A stretch of 64,000 nucleotides of DNA from Escherichia phage MN04. Location of the stretch: the sequence record MT129654.1. One strand, given 5' to 3'. This document shows, in pieces, positions 1 through 10,023 of the stretch (the first letter of the stretch is position 1; the number at the start of each line of letters is the position of its first letter). The position numbers and the translations under genes were made by a program. The notes below the pieces were generated by a model. It searched no databases and was not told the origin of the DNA. It worked only from the letters and a program-made list of their open reading frames with translations.

Positions 1-869
1 GCAAGTCCACCTAAACCCATTTGGAAAGCCATGTTTTCAAGAGCCATTTGTCTTGAACGGTTTTCTTTATTGTAAACCGGACCTACAACACTATGCCTGC
101 CTATATCGTTTTGAACTTTTTTAAGGTCTTCTTGGAATAACTTGGAAGCCTCGTCCATTGATATTGCACCCGGGTTTCCTTTAACTTCACGACCTATTTG
201 ATTAGATAATATTTTGTTTATCTGATTCATATCTCTAATAGGTTGTGGTGTAATAAGGTGACCTATACCAATAGTAGGGTATCCTTCGGTATCCCAATAT
301 ACCTTCAGTCTAAGCCCTTCATCACGATGAAGCATGTTTTCTATTGTGAAATTAGGATTATCATCAGGCTTAACTTGGCTTAAATCTAATCCATCCGGAT
401 TAATACCTACATCAGTGTTTGCATCTTGTATTACGTTAGAAGTGGCATCATATCCAACTTCACCACCTCGGTTTAGTGCAGCGGCATCATTACCTAAATA
501 AAGCGGATACTGTCCTGTCGGGTCACTAAAACCTTCGTTTGGATTTGCCTTTTGTTTTGAAGCCGAACCGTATGTACCGAGGACAAGCCCGTTTAATTTC
601 CACTTATCAAGAAAGTGTCCGTAAACTTGTGTACCTGGGACCATACCAGTCATAGCGGTTTGGATACCTGAAACAGAGGCAGAAGATGTAGGCATTAATA
701 CCGACATCCATGGTAAATCTTCTGTACGAAGGCCTTTTACAGGACCTTGTACTTTTTCATATGGATGCATACCCCAGACGCGTACGCGTACTCGGCCTTG
801 TTTGAGTGGGTCCATTCGGTCTTCAACTACACCGACGAACCAACTTAAATTATCAGACATGTTAATCAT
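1..869 (-). CDS. 5: baseplate hub subunit and tail lysozyme gp5, N-terminal portion (gene continues beyond window start)
   Basis: Minus-strand reading from ATG at 869 gives MINMSDNLSWFVGVVEDR... and a T4-lysozyme-like block RDEGLRLKVYWDTEGYPTIGIGHLI; start overlaps gp53 stop (TAATG); T4 order 53-5. Confidence 0.85.
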   Translation of the reverse strand, partial: MINMSDNLSWFVGVVEDRMDPLKQGRVRVRVWGMHPYEKVQGPVKGLRTEDLPWMSVLMPTSSASVSGIQTAMTGMVPGTQVYGHFLDKWKLNGLVLGTYGSASKQKANPNEGFSDPTGQYPLYLGNDAAALNRGGEVGYDATSNVIQDANTDVGINPDGLDLSQVKPDDNPNFTIENMLHRDEGLRLKVYWDTEGYPTIGIGHLITPQPIRDMNQINKILSNQIGREVKGNPGAISMDEASKLFQEDLKKVQNDIGRHSVVGPVYNKENRSRQMALENMAFQMGLGGL

Positions 870-1471
870 TAGAGGGCTTTCTCCATTTCGCGAATAAGAG
901 CAGAAATAAAAGACTCAATATCATTAGGGTCTATAATTTTTATTTCGCGCTTATATTCATTTTTGCGAATAGCATCCTCGTAAATATCTACTGCGGCCAA
1001 TGGGCCTTCGTATTGAGGATAACGTTTTTCTGTATCGCCTTTATCATACCAAGTATATGGATTTTCTGGTGTGTTGACAAGATTCCAGAATTTCTCGCCT
1101 TTTTCGTTTACATGGTAAAGGACCTGGTTTCCACCAGCGGTAGAATATCTTTGGATGGCTGCTTGGTAGGCGGCTTCTTGGCCGGTAATCCATCCATAAT
1201 ACGGGTCGTATATATTATTACACATCAGTAGAACCCAATATAATTGGACATTGCCATAAAGAAGATGGGCTAATTCTTCCGGACGCGGGGCTCCATTGAT
1301 ATAATAAGTTTTTAGTGTATAATTTTTAGCCACTCTATCAAAGTATTCTTTATAATTTCTAAATATATCAGTCATCGGCACGCTCAATACATCGGCATTT
1401 GTTAATGAGCCGGAATCTGGCTTGACTGTTTTTGATTCGTAATCGATAGGATCGAAAAATGAGAAGAGCAT
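869..1471 (-). CDS. 53: baseplate wedge subunit gp53 (assigned by synteny and size, 200 aa)
   Basis: ORF track 200 aa; directly upstream of and translationally coupled to gp5; late promoter upstream. Confidence 0.65.
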   Translation of the reverse strand: MLFSFFDPIDYESKTVKPDSGSLTNADVLSVPMTDIFRNYKEYFDRVAKNYTLKTYYINGAPRPEELAHLLYGNVQLYWVLLMCNNIYDPYYGWITGQEAAYQAAIQRYSTAGGNQVLYHVNEKGEKFWNLVNTPENPYTWYDKGDTEKRYPQYEGPLAAVDIYEDAIRKNEYKREIKIIDPNDIESFISALIREMEKAL

Positions 1472-1483
1472 AGGGCCTCCGAG

Positions 1484-1491
1484 TATAAATA
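1484..1491 (+). promoter_or_regulatory. T4-type late promoter TATAAATA for the gene 4 operon
   Basis: Exact TATAAATA about 27 nt upstream of ATG 1518. Confidence 0.6.
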
Positions 1492-1498
1492 ATATTAA

Positions 1499-1506
1499 TA
1501 TTTATA
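1499..1506 (-). promoter_or_regulatory. T4-type late promoter TATAAATA on minus strand for genes 53-5
   Basis: Plus-strand tatttata is TATAAATA on the minus strand, about 28 nt upstream of the minus-strand ATG at 1471. Confidence 0.6.
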
Positions 1507-1517
1507 AGGAGGCAACT

Positions 1518-1967
1518 ATGGCTTACTCAGGGAAATTTAAACCTACCAACTTACAAAAATATAAAGGTGACTGGAAGAAAATCCAATATCGTTCCTCATG
1601 GGAAGCATGGCTCATGCGTTGGCTTGACAATCATCCTAACGTAGTCCAATGGAACTCTGAAGAGGTAGTTATTCCGTATTTTAGTAATGCTGATGGAAAG
1701 AAACGTCGATATTTTATGGACTTCTGGGTTAAGTTTGATAACGGCCAACAATTCTTTTTTGAAGTCAAACCTTTTAAAGAAACCCATCCTCCAGCGGCTC
1801 CTGCTAAAATGACTACAGCCGCTAAAAAGAGATATATCAACGAACATTATACATGGAGTGTAAATAAAGATAAATGGAAAGCTGCTAAAGCTACAGCAGA
1901 TAAAATGGGAATCAATTTTAGATTGATAACTGAAAACTCACTGAAAAAATTAGGATGGAAAGGATGA
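1518..1967 (+). CDS. 4: head completion protein gp4 (149 aa)
   Basis: ORF with SD aaggagg; size and position match T4 gene 4 (divergent from 53, followed by 2-3-1). Confidence 0.7.
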   Translation: MAYSGKFKPTNLQKYKGDWKKIQYRSSWEAWLMRWLDNHPNVVQWNSEEVVIPYFSNADGKKRRYFMDFWVKFDNGQQFFFEVKPFKETHPPAAPAKMTTAAKKRYINEHYTWSVNKDKWKAAKATADKMGINFRLITENSLKKLGWKG

Positions 1968-2791
1968 GTATATTTTCCTACATCAATGAGGCTACTGAAA
2001 CCACAAAAGGTTCTAAGCCTACTCGTTCAGAACAACAATGGATAACTTTAGGCGTTGAATATGCCAAAGCTAAGGCCAAAGGTGTCTCGGCTAAGAAATT
2101 CGCTGAAGATAAAGGCATCAAGTATTCTAGCTTTACATCTGCGATGTCTCGATACTCGAGTCGAATTAAAACTGCTGTACAGGTTGAAAAGCTTCAGAAT
2201 AAACCTGGCAATAAATTGACCAAAGCCGAACGTCAATTAATTTTGGTGAATAGTTTTAGAAAGAGTATTCGTGATAAGATTGCTAACGAAGGCGCTGCTG
2301 TAAACAATAAATCAGCTAAATGGTTTACAGAAACATTAAAGAAAGGAATTCGTGGACACCAGGTATCTAAACCATCTCCTGGTAAGCTTTATGCTTATAT
2401 CTATGATGCTAAACACAAGGACACATTACCCTACTGGGACAAATATCCTTTAATCATTTATCTTGGGCTTGGTAAGCATAATCTGATGTACGGGTTGAAC
2501 TTACACTATATTCCGCCTAAAGCACGCCAGCAATTTCTAGAAGAATTGCTGAAGCAATACGCGAGTACGCCTACCATTACGAACTCGACTAAATTAAAAA
2601 TCGATTGGAGTAAGGTAAAAGGATTCGCTGGCGCTGACGTGATGATTAAGGCTTATATCCCTGGAAATATCAAGGGTCCTTTAGTAGAGATAAAACCTTC
2701 TGATTGGGCTAATGTAGTCATGCTTCCGCTTCAGCAATTTGTATCTAAAGGTAAGCGTTACTCAGCTCAGAAAGTATGGAAGAACGCATAA
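1955..2791 (+). CDS. 2: DNA end protector protein gp2 (278 aa; start may be the second ATG at 1964)
   Basis: ORF overlapping gp4 stop; size close to T4 gp2 (274 aa); synteny 4-2-3-1. Confidence 0.7.
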   Translation: MERMSIFSYINEATETTKGSKPTRSEQQWITLGVEYAKAKAKGVSAKKFAEDKGIKYSSFTSAMSRYSSRIKTAVQVEKLQNKPGNKLTKAERQLILVNSFRKSIRDKIANEGAAVNNKSAKWFTETLKKGIRGHQVSKPSPGKLYAYIYDAKHKDTLPYWDKYPLIIYLGLGKHNLMYGLNLHYIPPKARQQFLEELLKQYASTPTITNSTKLKIDWSKVKGFAGADVMIKAYIPGNIKGPLVEIKPSDWANVVMLPLQQFVSKGKRYSAQKVWKNA

Positions 2792-2876
2792 TAATCTATT
2801 ATCCCAGCCAGTTATTGAATGGAACAGACCTAGGACCATTATACACTGGCTAGGACTTAAGCAATATAGGAATCCT

Positions 2877-3467
2877 ATGAACGGTTTATTTAACCAAACT
2901 AACACTACCAACTTTATCTTAGAGGTTAGTGACTCAGGAATGACGCAGTCATTCAAATTGAACGTACAAGATGTAACACTACCAGGTATCCATATTCCGG
3001 TCTCAGACGTCCCAGGATCGACCCAAGGTATAAACCGTGCTAAACTGCCAGGTTCTACTGTAGAATTCGACCCTTTGATTGTGAACTTTCTTGTAGACCG
3101 CGAATTGAAATCATGGCTGGACGTTTATAAATGGATGCTATCATTAAACAACTATGTAACACATGAATCCGAAGCCTGGCATCCTAAAGGTCAGCCTGAG
3201 GCTATCACCCTCCACATCCTTGATAACAACAAACAGAAAATCGTAATGAGCATTCATTACTACGGTGGTTGGCCATCAGACCTTTCCGAGATTCAGTACT
3301 CTTATAAAGAAGATTCCGACCCTGCGATAATCGCTACAGCAACATTCAACTTCAAATCGTTTGCTGTAGAAATAGATGGTACAATAGTTACAGGTCGTCC
3401 ACAAATTGATTCGTATGCCGAACAACGTGTGGCTCGTATGTCTATGCATCCATCTATGAGAAAATAA
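2877..3467 (+). CDS. 3: tail completion and sheath stabiliser gp3 (196 aa; alternative start at 2937 would give 176 aa)
   Basis: ATG 2877 preceded by SD tagga; stop overlaps gp1 start; synteny. Confidence 0.65.
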   Translation: MNGLFNQTNTTNFILEVSDSGMTQSFKLNVQDVTLPGIHIPVSDVPGSTQGINRAKLPGSTVEFDPLIVNFLVDRELKSWLDVYKWMLSLNNYVTHESEAWHPKGQPEAITLHILDNNKQKIVMSIHYYGGWPSDLSEIQYSYKEDSDPAIIATATFNFKSFAVEIDGTIVTGRPQIDSYAEQRVARMSMHPSMRK

Positions 3468-4220
3468 TGAAACTAATATCAATTGTAGGAATCAAACGTA
3501 GCGGTAAGGATACCGTTGCTAACTATGTAATTGAGAATATGGATTCCGTAAAATTCCAACTCGCTGGTCCTATTAAAAAGTATCTGGCTGAAGCTTATGA
3601 ATACATATCTGATGACCCTGTATTCGACCGTAGCTATATGCCTAAACTTGATTTTAACTGTTTTGAAGGTATCGGTTACGACCGTGAAGAAATCCTTCCT
3701 TTAAAACCATATGATGTGGTTGATATTTTTGAACATGCTATTGTTAAACTGAATAATATCCTTCCTATTCCAGGAATTGATGTTCTTACCGCATATCATT
3801 ATGGTCTTACCCCGGTCCAGTATCTGTCTGAAGAAACAAAAGACCAGCTATTTGAAGTAATAAATAAAAATAACAATTGGTCAGTACGTCGTCTCATGCA
3901 GACCCTTGGGACTGATATTATTGTTAACCAATTTGATAAGATGTATTGGGTTAAGTTGTTCGCTTTAGACTATTTTGATAAAATATACTCTGATGCGAAA
4001 TACTATGTCGTACCTGATGTTCGTCAAACACATGAAATTGATTCGCTCAGAGCGATGGGTGCTACGATTATTCATGTAGTTCGCGCTGAAACCGGTCAAG
4101 TACAAGACTCGCACATCACTGAAGCGGGTCTACCAATTTTACCTGGTGACGTTGTTGTTGAAAATAACGGCACTCTTTCTGAACTATACACCACTATTGA
4201 TAAATTATTAGGAAATAAAA

Positions 4221-4228
<8 letters not shown>
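3467..4228 (+). CDS. 1: deoxynucleoside monophosphate kinase gp1 (253 aa)
   Basis: N-terminus MKLISIVGIKRSGKDTVANYV...QLAGPIKK matches remembered T4 gp1 (P-loop GxKRSGKDT). Confidence 0.9.
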
Positions 4229-5127
<899 letters not shown>

Positions 5128-5139
5128 TTTAAAAAAGAT

Positions 5140-5180
5140 GTTTACAAGGTCTATAGACATGATACTATAGACCTATCAAA
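5140..5180 (+). promoter_or_regulatory. T4-type early promoter within a promoter/stem-loop cassette
   Basis: GTTTAC at 5140-5145, -10 region within the inverted repeat ggtctatag/ctatagacc, conserved core gatactatagacctatcaa. Confidence 0.6.
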
Positions 5181-5208
5181 ACAAACCCAACCTAACGGAA
5201 ACAAAAAA

Positions 5209-5502
5209 ATGAAAACTTATCAAGAATTTATCAAAGAATCGACAGATTTGTATTCCATTAACAAAGCGGCTATGGCCGATATTAGTAGCGATATTAAAAG
5301 AGCCTTTGGCTCAGGTGATGTTGATAAGGCTCAGCAAATTACTATTACAGTAAATGGTAAACCTGTTAGTATAGCATTCAATACGGTTAAAAAGAAATAT
5401 TATATTAATCTTGGTGATGATATCCACTTTACAAAATATAAGACTTTTTCCGGTCTTACCAAAGATAAAGTAGTTTCTAAAATCAAAGAAATTACAAAAT
5501 AA
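5209..5502 (+). CDS. internal protein with capsid targeting sequence MKTYQEFIKES (97 aa)
   Basis: N-terminal CTS as in T4 IPI/IPII/IPIII; position next to 57B as for T4 ipI. Confidence 0.65.
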   Translation: MKTYQEFIKESTDLYSINKAAMADISSDIKRAFGSGDVDKAQQITITVNGKPVSIAFNTVKKKYYINLGDDIHFTKYKTFSGLTKDKVVSKIKEITK

Positions 5503-5504
5503 TT

Positions 5505-5548
5505 GTTTACAACGGGCTTTAGTTGATGATACTATAGCCCTATCAAAA
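5505..5548 (+). promoter_or_regulatory. T4-type early promoter cassette
   Basis: GTTTAC 5505-5510 plus conserved gatactatagccctatcaa core. Confidence 0.6.
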
Positions 5549-5571
5549 CAAATGAGTGATTGGAGAATAAA

Positions 5572-5757
5572 ATGAAACGTTGTGAATTAATTAGAAATGT
5601 TACTGCACTGACCGCCGTTACTGCTTTTGGCTTTAGTATGTTTGCAGGATTCATGTTGGATTTGCTTACAACTTCCGAGAATACAATCTCTTTAGTAGTG
5701 GCATTCTTAATTGGTTCAATCTCTTTCGTTATGGATAAAATCTCTAAAGGTGAATAA
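5572..5757 (+). CDS. small membrane protein (61 aa)
   Basis: ATG 5572 with SD ggag; hydrophobic helix; ATGA-coupled to the next gene. Confidence 0.5.
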   Translation: MKRCELIRNVTALTAVTAFGFSMFAGFMLDLLTTSENTISLVVAFLIGSISFVMDKISKGE

Positions 5758-6158
5758 TGAACGTTGAATATTATGTATATGCGGATTACGAAAATAATCC
5801 GTCTAAAGATGAAGATAATCGTTTAGGTGTTGATGCTTTTGAATCCCCTGCAGCAGCATGGCAATGGGTTGAAAGTACTGATATTCCTTACCGTTATATT
5901 GAAGTGGTAGACCATGCAGGAAACAAGTATCCTAAGGAAGCATATGTTCCTTCCGGAAAGGTAAATTTCCTTTTGTTTGCGGGTGATAATTATTATCCAC
6001 GCGGTGGGTATACTGATTTAATCGCTAAAGCCTTCTCTGAAGATGAACTGCACGATATCATTAAAGAAAACGAGAATAAGCCTCTTTACGGTTCTAATCG
6101 TTTTGGTTGGTGGCAGATTGTTAATGCCAATACCCACACTATTGTAGACGAGGGTTAA
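5757..6158 (+). CDS. hypothetical protein (133 aa)
   Basis: ORF, translationally coupled (TAATG). Confidence 0.5.
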   Translation: MNVEYYVYADYENNPSKDEDNRLGVDAFESPAAAWQWVESTDIPYRYIEVVDHAGNKYPKEAYVPSGKVNFLLFAGDNYYPRGGYTDLIAKAFSEDELHDIIKENENKPLYGSNRFGWWQIVNANTHTIVDEG

Positions 6159-6449
6159 ATGTTATACGTTAAGGTTACTAATCCAGAGAATGGCTATAAA
6201 TCCGATCAGGTTGCAGCTGAGTTGTTGATTCGAAATTACGGCAAAGATGCTGTGCTTGATGTTCAACAGGTTAATATTGGCCGTAGTTCAAGCGATGTTA
6301 AACTCAAAGTTAACGGCCATCGCTATAATTCTGTTAACTTTACTTTTTATACTGCAACTGAAAATGGATTGGTCGAATACGACATCTTTAAAAATCCTTT
6401 GAAGATTGCTTCTATTAAACTTGATTATATTAATATGTGGCCACAATGA
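6159..6449 (+). CDS. hypothetical protein (96 aa)
   Basis: ORF immediately after upstream stop. Confidence 0.45.
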   Translation: MLYVKVTNPENGYKSDQVAAELLIRNYGKDAVLDVQQVNIGRSSSDVKLKVNGHRYNSVNFTFYTATENGLVEYDIFKNPLKIASIKLDYINMWPQ

Positions 6450-6922
6450 ATATTAAATTCGGACAAGTTATTCCTAAAGGTTATGCGATTGAAATTGAAA
6501 CCTGGGAAAATGATGGCGATAACTATAAAACCCAGACTATATTTGGCGTAGAAGAACAAGAAATCCAACAGTACAAATATATCCTAGAACTTTTCCATGG
6601 TTCGCATTGCAACAACCCGGATAAATGCGGTAATTCGGAATGGGACGTAGTTAAGCATTTGGTTATTGCTCACATTGAATCCGGTGTAAAATCAGGCCAA
6701 TTGACTCCTGAATTTTTAGATAAAGTCCTCGGTATCCAAGACTTAGAAGCCTTGCTGAACGATGACGAAGAAGAATACTACTTGAATGAAGCCCTTACTG
6801 AGCTCCTTGGTATGGCTTGTGAATATGGTGGCGATTTTATCCGTGCAATTTCTTATGTCAAGCTGTATATCATTGAAGAAGAAATTAAAATCCCTGATGT
6901 GAAAGCACTTGATATGCTTTAA
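6437..6922 (+). CDS. hypothetical acidic protein (161 aa)
   Basis: ORF overlapping upstream gene end. Confidence 0.5.
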   Translation: MATMNIKFGQVIPKGYAIEIETWENDGDNYKTQTIFGVEEQEIQQYKYILELFHGSHCNNPDKCGNSEWDVVKHLVIAHIESGVKSGQLTPEFLDKVLGIQDLEALLNDDEEEYYLNEALTELLGMACEYGGDFIRAISYVKLYIIEEEIKIPDVKALDML

Positions 6923-7045
6923 GAATTATGTGATATTATTACTCTATCATTAATACCCTCTATTACCAAAGGTTCTTCCCTCAAAGAGCCTTTCATAATA
7001 GACAAGGTCTATTAATCAAACTTACTTTACTTAATTTTATTTGAG

Positions 7046-7318
7046 GTGTTTATGTTAGTATTAAAATTAGCTTTTTATGACCCAGAAACCAAGACAACAA
7101 CTACTAAACGTTGTTCTATTTCATATGAATGCCAATTTGGCGAAGTTGAGACCGACGGCGAGCCCTTTATGGCAATTGCCGATAGCACATTCGCTAAACC
7201 AAAAATAATTCCACTAGTTAACGCTGCGGCTTATCTGGTTGCTCCTGAAGAAATGACTTATCATACAATTCAGCACATGGCTAAAGACGATAATGCTCCT
7301 GCTGGATTTGTAATTTAA
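7046..7318 (+). CDS. hypothetical protein (90 aa)
   Basis: ORF with SD gaggtg upstream. Confidence 0.45.
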   Translation: MFMLVLKLAFYDPETKTTTTKRCSISYECQFGEVETDGEPFMAIADSTFAKPKIIPLVNAAAYLVAPEEMTYHTIQHMAKDDNAPAGFVI

Positions 7319-7323
7319 ATTAA

Positions 7324-7397
7324 GGCCCTGTAGCTGGACGGTCAAGCGAGCGACTCATAATCGCTGGATGGTGGTTCGATTCCACCCAGGGCCACCA
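7324..7397 (+). tRNA. tRNA with anticodon CAU (Met, or Ile2 if lysidine-modified), CCA encoded
   Basis: Acceptor stem GGCCCTG/CAGGGCC, anticodon stem AGCGA/TCGCT with loop CTCATAA, T-arm GGTGG-TTCGATT-CCACC. Confidence 0.8.
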
Positions 7398-7401
7398 ATT
7401 T

Positions 7402-7476
7402 GGATGTGTAGCTCAGTGGTAGAGCAGTTGACTGTTAATCAATTGGTCCATGGTTCGAATCCATGCATGTCCGCCA
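7402..7476 (+). tRNA. tRNA-Asn (anticodon GTT), CCA encoded
   Basis: D-arm GCTCAGTGGTAGAGC, anticodon loop CTGTTAA, T-arm CATGG-TTCGAAT-CCATG, acceptor with two G-U pairs. Confidence 0.75.
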
Positions 7477-7480
7477 AATA

Positions 7481-7556
7481 CGAGGCATAGCTCAGAAGGA
7501 AGAGCAACGGTCTTCTAAACCGTAGGTCGTAGGTTCGATCCCTACTGTCTCGACCA
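7481..7556 (+). tRNA. tRNA-Arg (anticodon TCT), CCA encoded
   Basis: D-arm GCTCAGAAGGAAGAGC, anticodon stem ACGGT/ACCGT with loop CTTCTAA, T-arm GTAGG-TTCGATC-CCTAC; T4 also carries tRNA-Arg(UCU). Confidence 0.75.
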
Positions 7557-7559
7557 AAC

Positions 7560-7860
7560 AAGAAACCGGGTCGCTACCGGTAAGCCGTCGGACTGATGTT
7601 CCCTGAGTAAGGACTGACATTAACAAATCTTTACGATCTGTTAACGTCCCCTTACATCACAGCAGAAACGGCGCACCGAATTATCGATTCGAGGAAATAT
7701 CTTTGCCGTAAGCCGAGTAGCGTTTTTGACGGAACGTTCGGATATGGTCGAGATATGGCCTTTTAAAAATATTGAGTAGCGTCAACTACTTAATAACCGG
7801 GTTCGAATCCTGGCGTTTCGTACAAACACTTGCCTAGCAGGTGGAACCCCGACAAGGTTA
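7560..7860 (+). ncRNA. structured non-coding region with a tRNA-like 3' T-arm; possible small stable RNA(s) analogous in position to T4 rnaC/rnaD
   Basis: No ORF; T-loop-like CCGGG-TTCGAAT-CCTGG at 7797-7813 and a long imperfect hairpin at about 7609-7660; sits between the tRNAs and a terminator. Confidence 0.3.
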
Positions 7861-7871
7861 CCCTAGGTTAA

Positions 7872-7900
7872 AGGCCCTTCCGAAAGGTTGGGCCTTTTTT
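7872..7900 (+). terminator. rho-independent terminator
   Basis: Hairpin aggccc-ttccgaaaggtt-gggcct followed by a T-run. Confidence 0.7.
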
Positions 7901-7901
7901 G

Positions 7902-7909
7902 TATAAATA
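7902..7909 (+). promoter_or_regulatory. late promoter TATAAATA
   Basis: Exact TATAAATA right after the terminator, 27 nt upstream of ATG 7936. Confidence 0.55.
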
Positions 7910-7935
7910 TACAGTAAACTAACTTAGGAAATAAT

Positions 7936-8490
7936 ATGAAACTTTTAAAATATTTGAGTTGGATTCTGTTGGTCCCACTAGATTTTATCTCTATGGTTCT
8001 AGCCGTTATCCTTGCGCCTTTTGTGGTTCCTTTCCACAATAAAAAGACTGGTAAATTGCCGTACGGTTTTGATTGGATGATGACATACGATAATCCAATT
8101 GACGGTGACAAAGGTCATATTAAACGTTGGGCTAAAATCAGGAAAATGCCTGGCGGTGTTTATCTCCAGAGGGTAGCTTGGCTATGGCGAAATAAAGCTT
8201 ATAACTTTGCTTACCATAAACTCGGTCGCGATTGTAGCTCAGAATTCCATTATCGTGGTAATCCTGATGTGGAATCAGGTTCTCCTGATAAAGCTCACCA
8301 TGGTTGGTTGTGGATGTGGAATGATGACGCCTGGGGTGTATTTGCTTCAGTTCCTTATCTTAAGGTCGGTGGAATCACATTTTACCTTCGCGTGTACTGT
8401 GGCTGGAAGCTTAAGAGTCTTTTGTCTCGTAAAATCCCTAAAGCTATGTTAGCCTTCCACGTGAACCCGTTCCGGTTCTACAAGAACTGA
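7936..8490 (+). CDS. membrane protein (184 aa, N-terminal transmembrane helix)
   Basis: ORF flanked on both sides by identical terminator plus late-promoter cassettes. Confidence 0.55.
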   Translation: MKLLKYLSWILLVPLDFISMVLAVILAPFVVPFHNKKTGKLPYGFDWMMTYDNPIDGDKGHIKRWAKIRKMPGGVYLQRVAWLWRNKAYNFAYHKLGRDCSSEFHYRGNPDVESGSPDKAHHGWLWMWNDDAWGVFASVPYLKVGGITFYLRVYCGWKLKSLLSRKIPKAMLAFHVNPFRFYKN

Positions 8491-8495
8491 TTTAC

Positions 8496-8522
8496 GGCCC
8501 TTCCGAAAGGTTGGGCCTTTTT
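8496..8522 (+). terminator. rho-independent terminator (second copy of the cassette)
   Basis: Same hairpin ggccc-ttccgaaaggtt-gggcc plus T-run as at 7872. Confidence 0.7.
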
Positions 8523-8523
8523 G

Positions 8524-8531
8524 TATAAATA
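8524..8531 (+). promoter_or_regulatory. late promoter TATAAATA
   Basis: Exact TATAAATA, 28 nt upstream of ATG 8560. Confidence 0.55.
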
Positions 8532-8559
8532 GATAAGTTAATTAACACAGGAAACAATA

Positions 8560-9177
8560 ATGAAAACTTACAATGAATTTTTGAACGAAAGCGTTCTGAC
8601 TGAAGCCAGCGTGCGCATGACTAAAGATATGTGGCAAGCTGCTTATGATAAAATTTCCGGGACTAAAACCACTACCGAGTTCTTTAAAAACGTTTATGAT
8701 ATGTATGGTTTTGATACTAGTAGCCAGAAAGAATATTACAAAGCTTCCAAAGCTTTTAAAGATATCGTAGCCGGTGGCGCTACTAAGCCTGCTAAACCAG
8801 CTAAAGCTCCTGTTTCTAAACCCGTGGCTCAGACCAAAGTTGCAGCACCGAAACCGACACCTAAAGCAGAGCCTGTAAAAGAAGCTCCTAAACCTAAAAT
8901 CAAGTTCGACACCAGCACTATTGTTAAAAAATATAACCAGCTGGCTTCTTTGGTTTCTGAAATCGAATCCGAAACTAAACAACTCGTTCGAGAATTCAAC
9001 GCCCTTCGTAATGGGCAGCACATTAACAACCTGGATACCCCAGACCTCTATCGTCTTTACCTGACGGTTGAAGGCCTTAAGTATACCCAGCCTATGCACG
9101 AAGAAATTGATAACAAACTTCGTCAAGCCCGCCGCCTTGCAGGTGACGCAGCACAGTTCGAAAAGACCCGTAAATAA
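8560..9177 (+). CDS. internal protein, IPIII-like (205 aa, Lys/Ala/Pro-rich, CTS MKTYNEFLNES)
   Basis: CTS N-terminus; basic AKPAKAP repeats; late promoter upstream. Confidence 0.65.
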   Translation: MKTYNEFLNESVLTEASVRMTKDMWQAAYDKISGTKTTTEFFKNVYDMYGFDTSSQKEYYKASKAFKDIVAGGATKPAKPAKAPVSKPVAQTKVAAPKPTPKAEPVKEAPKPKIKFDTSTIVKKYNQLASLVSEIESETKQLVREFNALRNGQHINNLDTPDLYRLYLTVEGLKYTQPMHEEIDNKLRQARRLAGDAAQFEKTRK

Positions 9178-9182
9178 TGAAA

Positions 9183-9202
9183 GGAGACTTTGGTCTCCTT
9201 TT
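9183..9202 (+). terminator. rho-independent terminator
   Basis: Hairpin ggagac-ttt-ggtctcc followed by TTTT. Confidence 0.6.
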
Positions 9203-9236
9203 AGGGGGTTTAAACTAAAAATAATTTCACAAAGTT

Positions 9237-9280
9237 GTTTACACCTCCTTTAAATATGATACTATAGACCTATCAAAACA
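9237..9280 (+). promoter_or_regulatory. T4-type early promoter cassette
   Basis: GTTTAC 9237-9242 and conserved gatactatagacctatcaa. Confidence 0.6.
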
Positions 9281-9300
9281 ACAGTGTGAAGGAGAGTAAA

Positions 9301-9564
9301 ATGGATAATTATGGTGAATTGTTTAATTTCTTTATGAAATGCGTTCCTGAAGAATTTGGTGCTACTGTTAACGATATTAAGGTTATCGGTCCTGAACACC
9401 CAGTGTATGAAACCTATGCAGTAATGGGTAACGAAGATGGACAGTGGTATACAATTAAAGTTGTGATTAATATGTTCTCAGCTGAAGGCTACGCCAAAAC
9501 GTCTACCAAAGTTTACCATGATAACGATTTTGATGCAGAAGATTATTTCAATAATATGAAATAA
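9301..9564 (+). CDS. hypothetical protein (87 aa)
   Basis: ATG 9301 with SD ggagag. Confidence 0.5.
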   Translation: MDNYGELFNFFMKCVPEEFGATVNDIKVIGPEHPVYETYAVMGNEDGQWYTIKVVINMFSAEGYAKTSTKVYHDNDFDAEDYFNNMK

Positions 9565-9566
9565 TT

Positions 9567-9605
9567 GTTTACATGGGCCCATGATTGAGATATTATGAGC
9601 CCATA
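9567..9605 (+). promoter_or_regulatory. T4-type early promoter with stem-loop around the -10
   Basis: GTTTAC 9567-9572, -10 TATTAT 9591-9596 flanked by the imperfect inverted repeat gggcccat/atgagccc. Confidence 0.55.
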
Positions 9606-9621
9606 ATTTGAGGAGAGCATA

Positions 9622-10020
9622 ATGAATATCGAAGATAAAGAAATGCAAGAGTTATATAATTCATTAACACCTGAACAACAAAAAGCTGCCAAAGAATTAG
9701 AGAAAGCTCTTGCTTTCAACTTGGCAAAAACCGATTGGGCCGCCATGTATGAAGAAAAAAGGAGATCGGAAATTGAAGCTGCCGAGAGAAATGAATGGAT
9801 TGTAGAAACCAAGATTTCTGATGGTGGTTGCTCTGTTGAGGTGTCAGCTGTGGTTAAAGGTAGTCATGGCGAAAAATCACTAGGTTGGCATAATGAGGCA
9901 AACAAATATATTGTTCTCTCAACGTCAAAAACTTATGGTCAAAAGGTTCCTGTATCCAAAGCTATTATTAAGCAAGCTCAATGGGAAGCCAATGAAATCT
10001 GCCTCACCAAAATGAAATAA
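9622..10020 (+). CDS. hypothetical protein (132 aa)
   Basis: ORF with SD gaggagag. Confidence 0.5.
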   Translation: MNIEDKEMQELYNSLTPEQQKAAKELEKALAFNLAKTDWAAMYEEKRRSEIEAAERNEWIVETKISDGGCSVEVSAVVKGSHGEKSLGWHNEANKYIVLSTSKTYGQKVPVSKAIIKQAQWEANEICLTKMK

Positions 10021-10023
10021 AAT

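Noticed and set aside
1013-1231. Plus-strand 72-aa ORF inside gp53
   Set aside because: Antisense to a conserved structural gene; no RBS.
2739-2876. N-terminal extension of gp3 to the track start at 2739
   Set aside because: Would overlap gp2 by more than 50 nt; an ATG with SD at 2877 gives a length close to T4 gp3.
7729-7821. Attempt to fold a fourth, long-variable-arm tRNA ending at the T-loop-like element
   Set aside because: An acceptor pairing (CGGAACG with CGTTTCG) and T-arm can be drawn, but no acceptable D-arm or 7-nt anticodon loop; no CCA. Kept only as part of the ncRNA-like region.
8542-9126. Minus-strand ORFs in the track that lie inside plus-strand genes (for example 8542-9126, 12455-12862, 15305-15655, 31568-31918, 53767-54201, 62401-62814)
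   Set aside because: They overlap well-supported genes on the other strand, lack RBS or promoters, and have low-complexity translations; treated as shadow ORFs.
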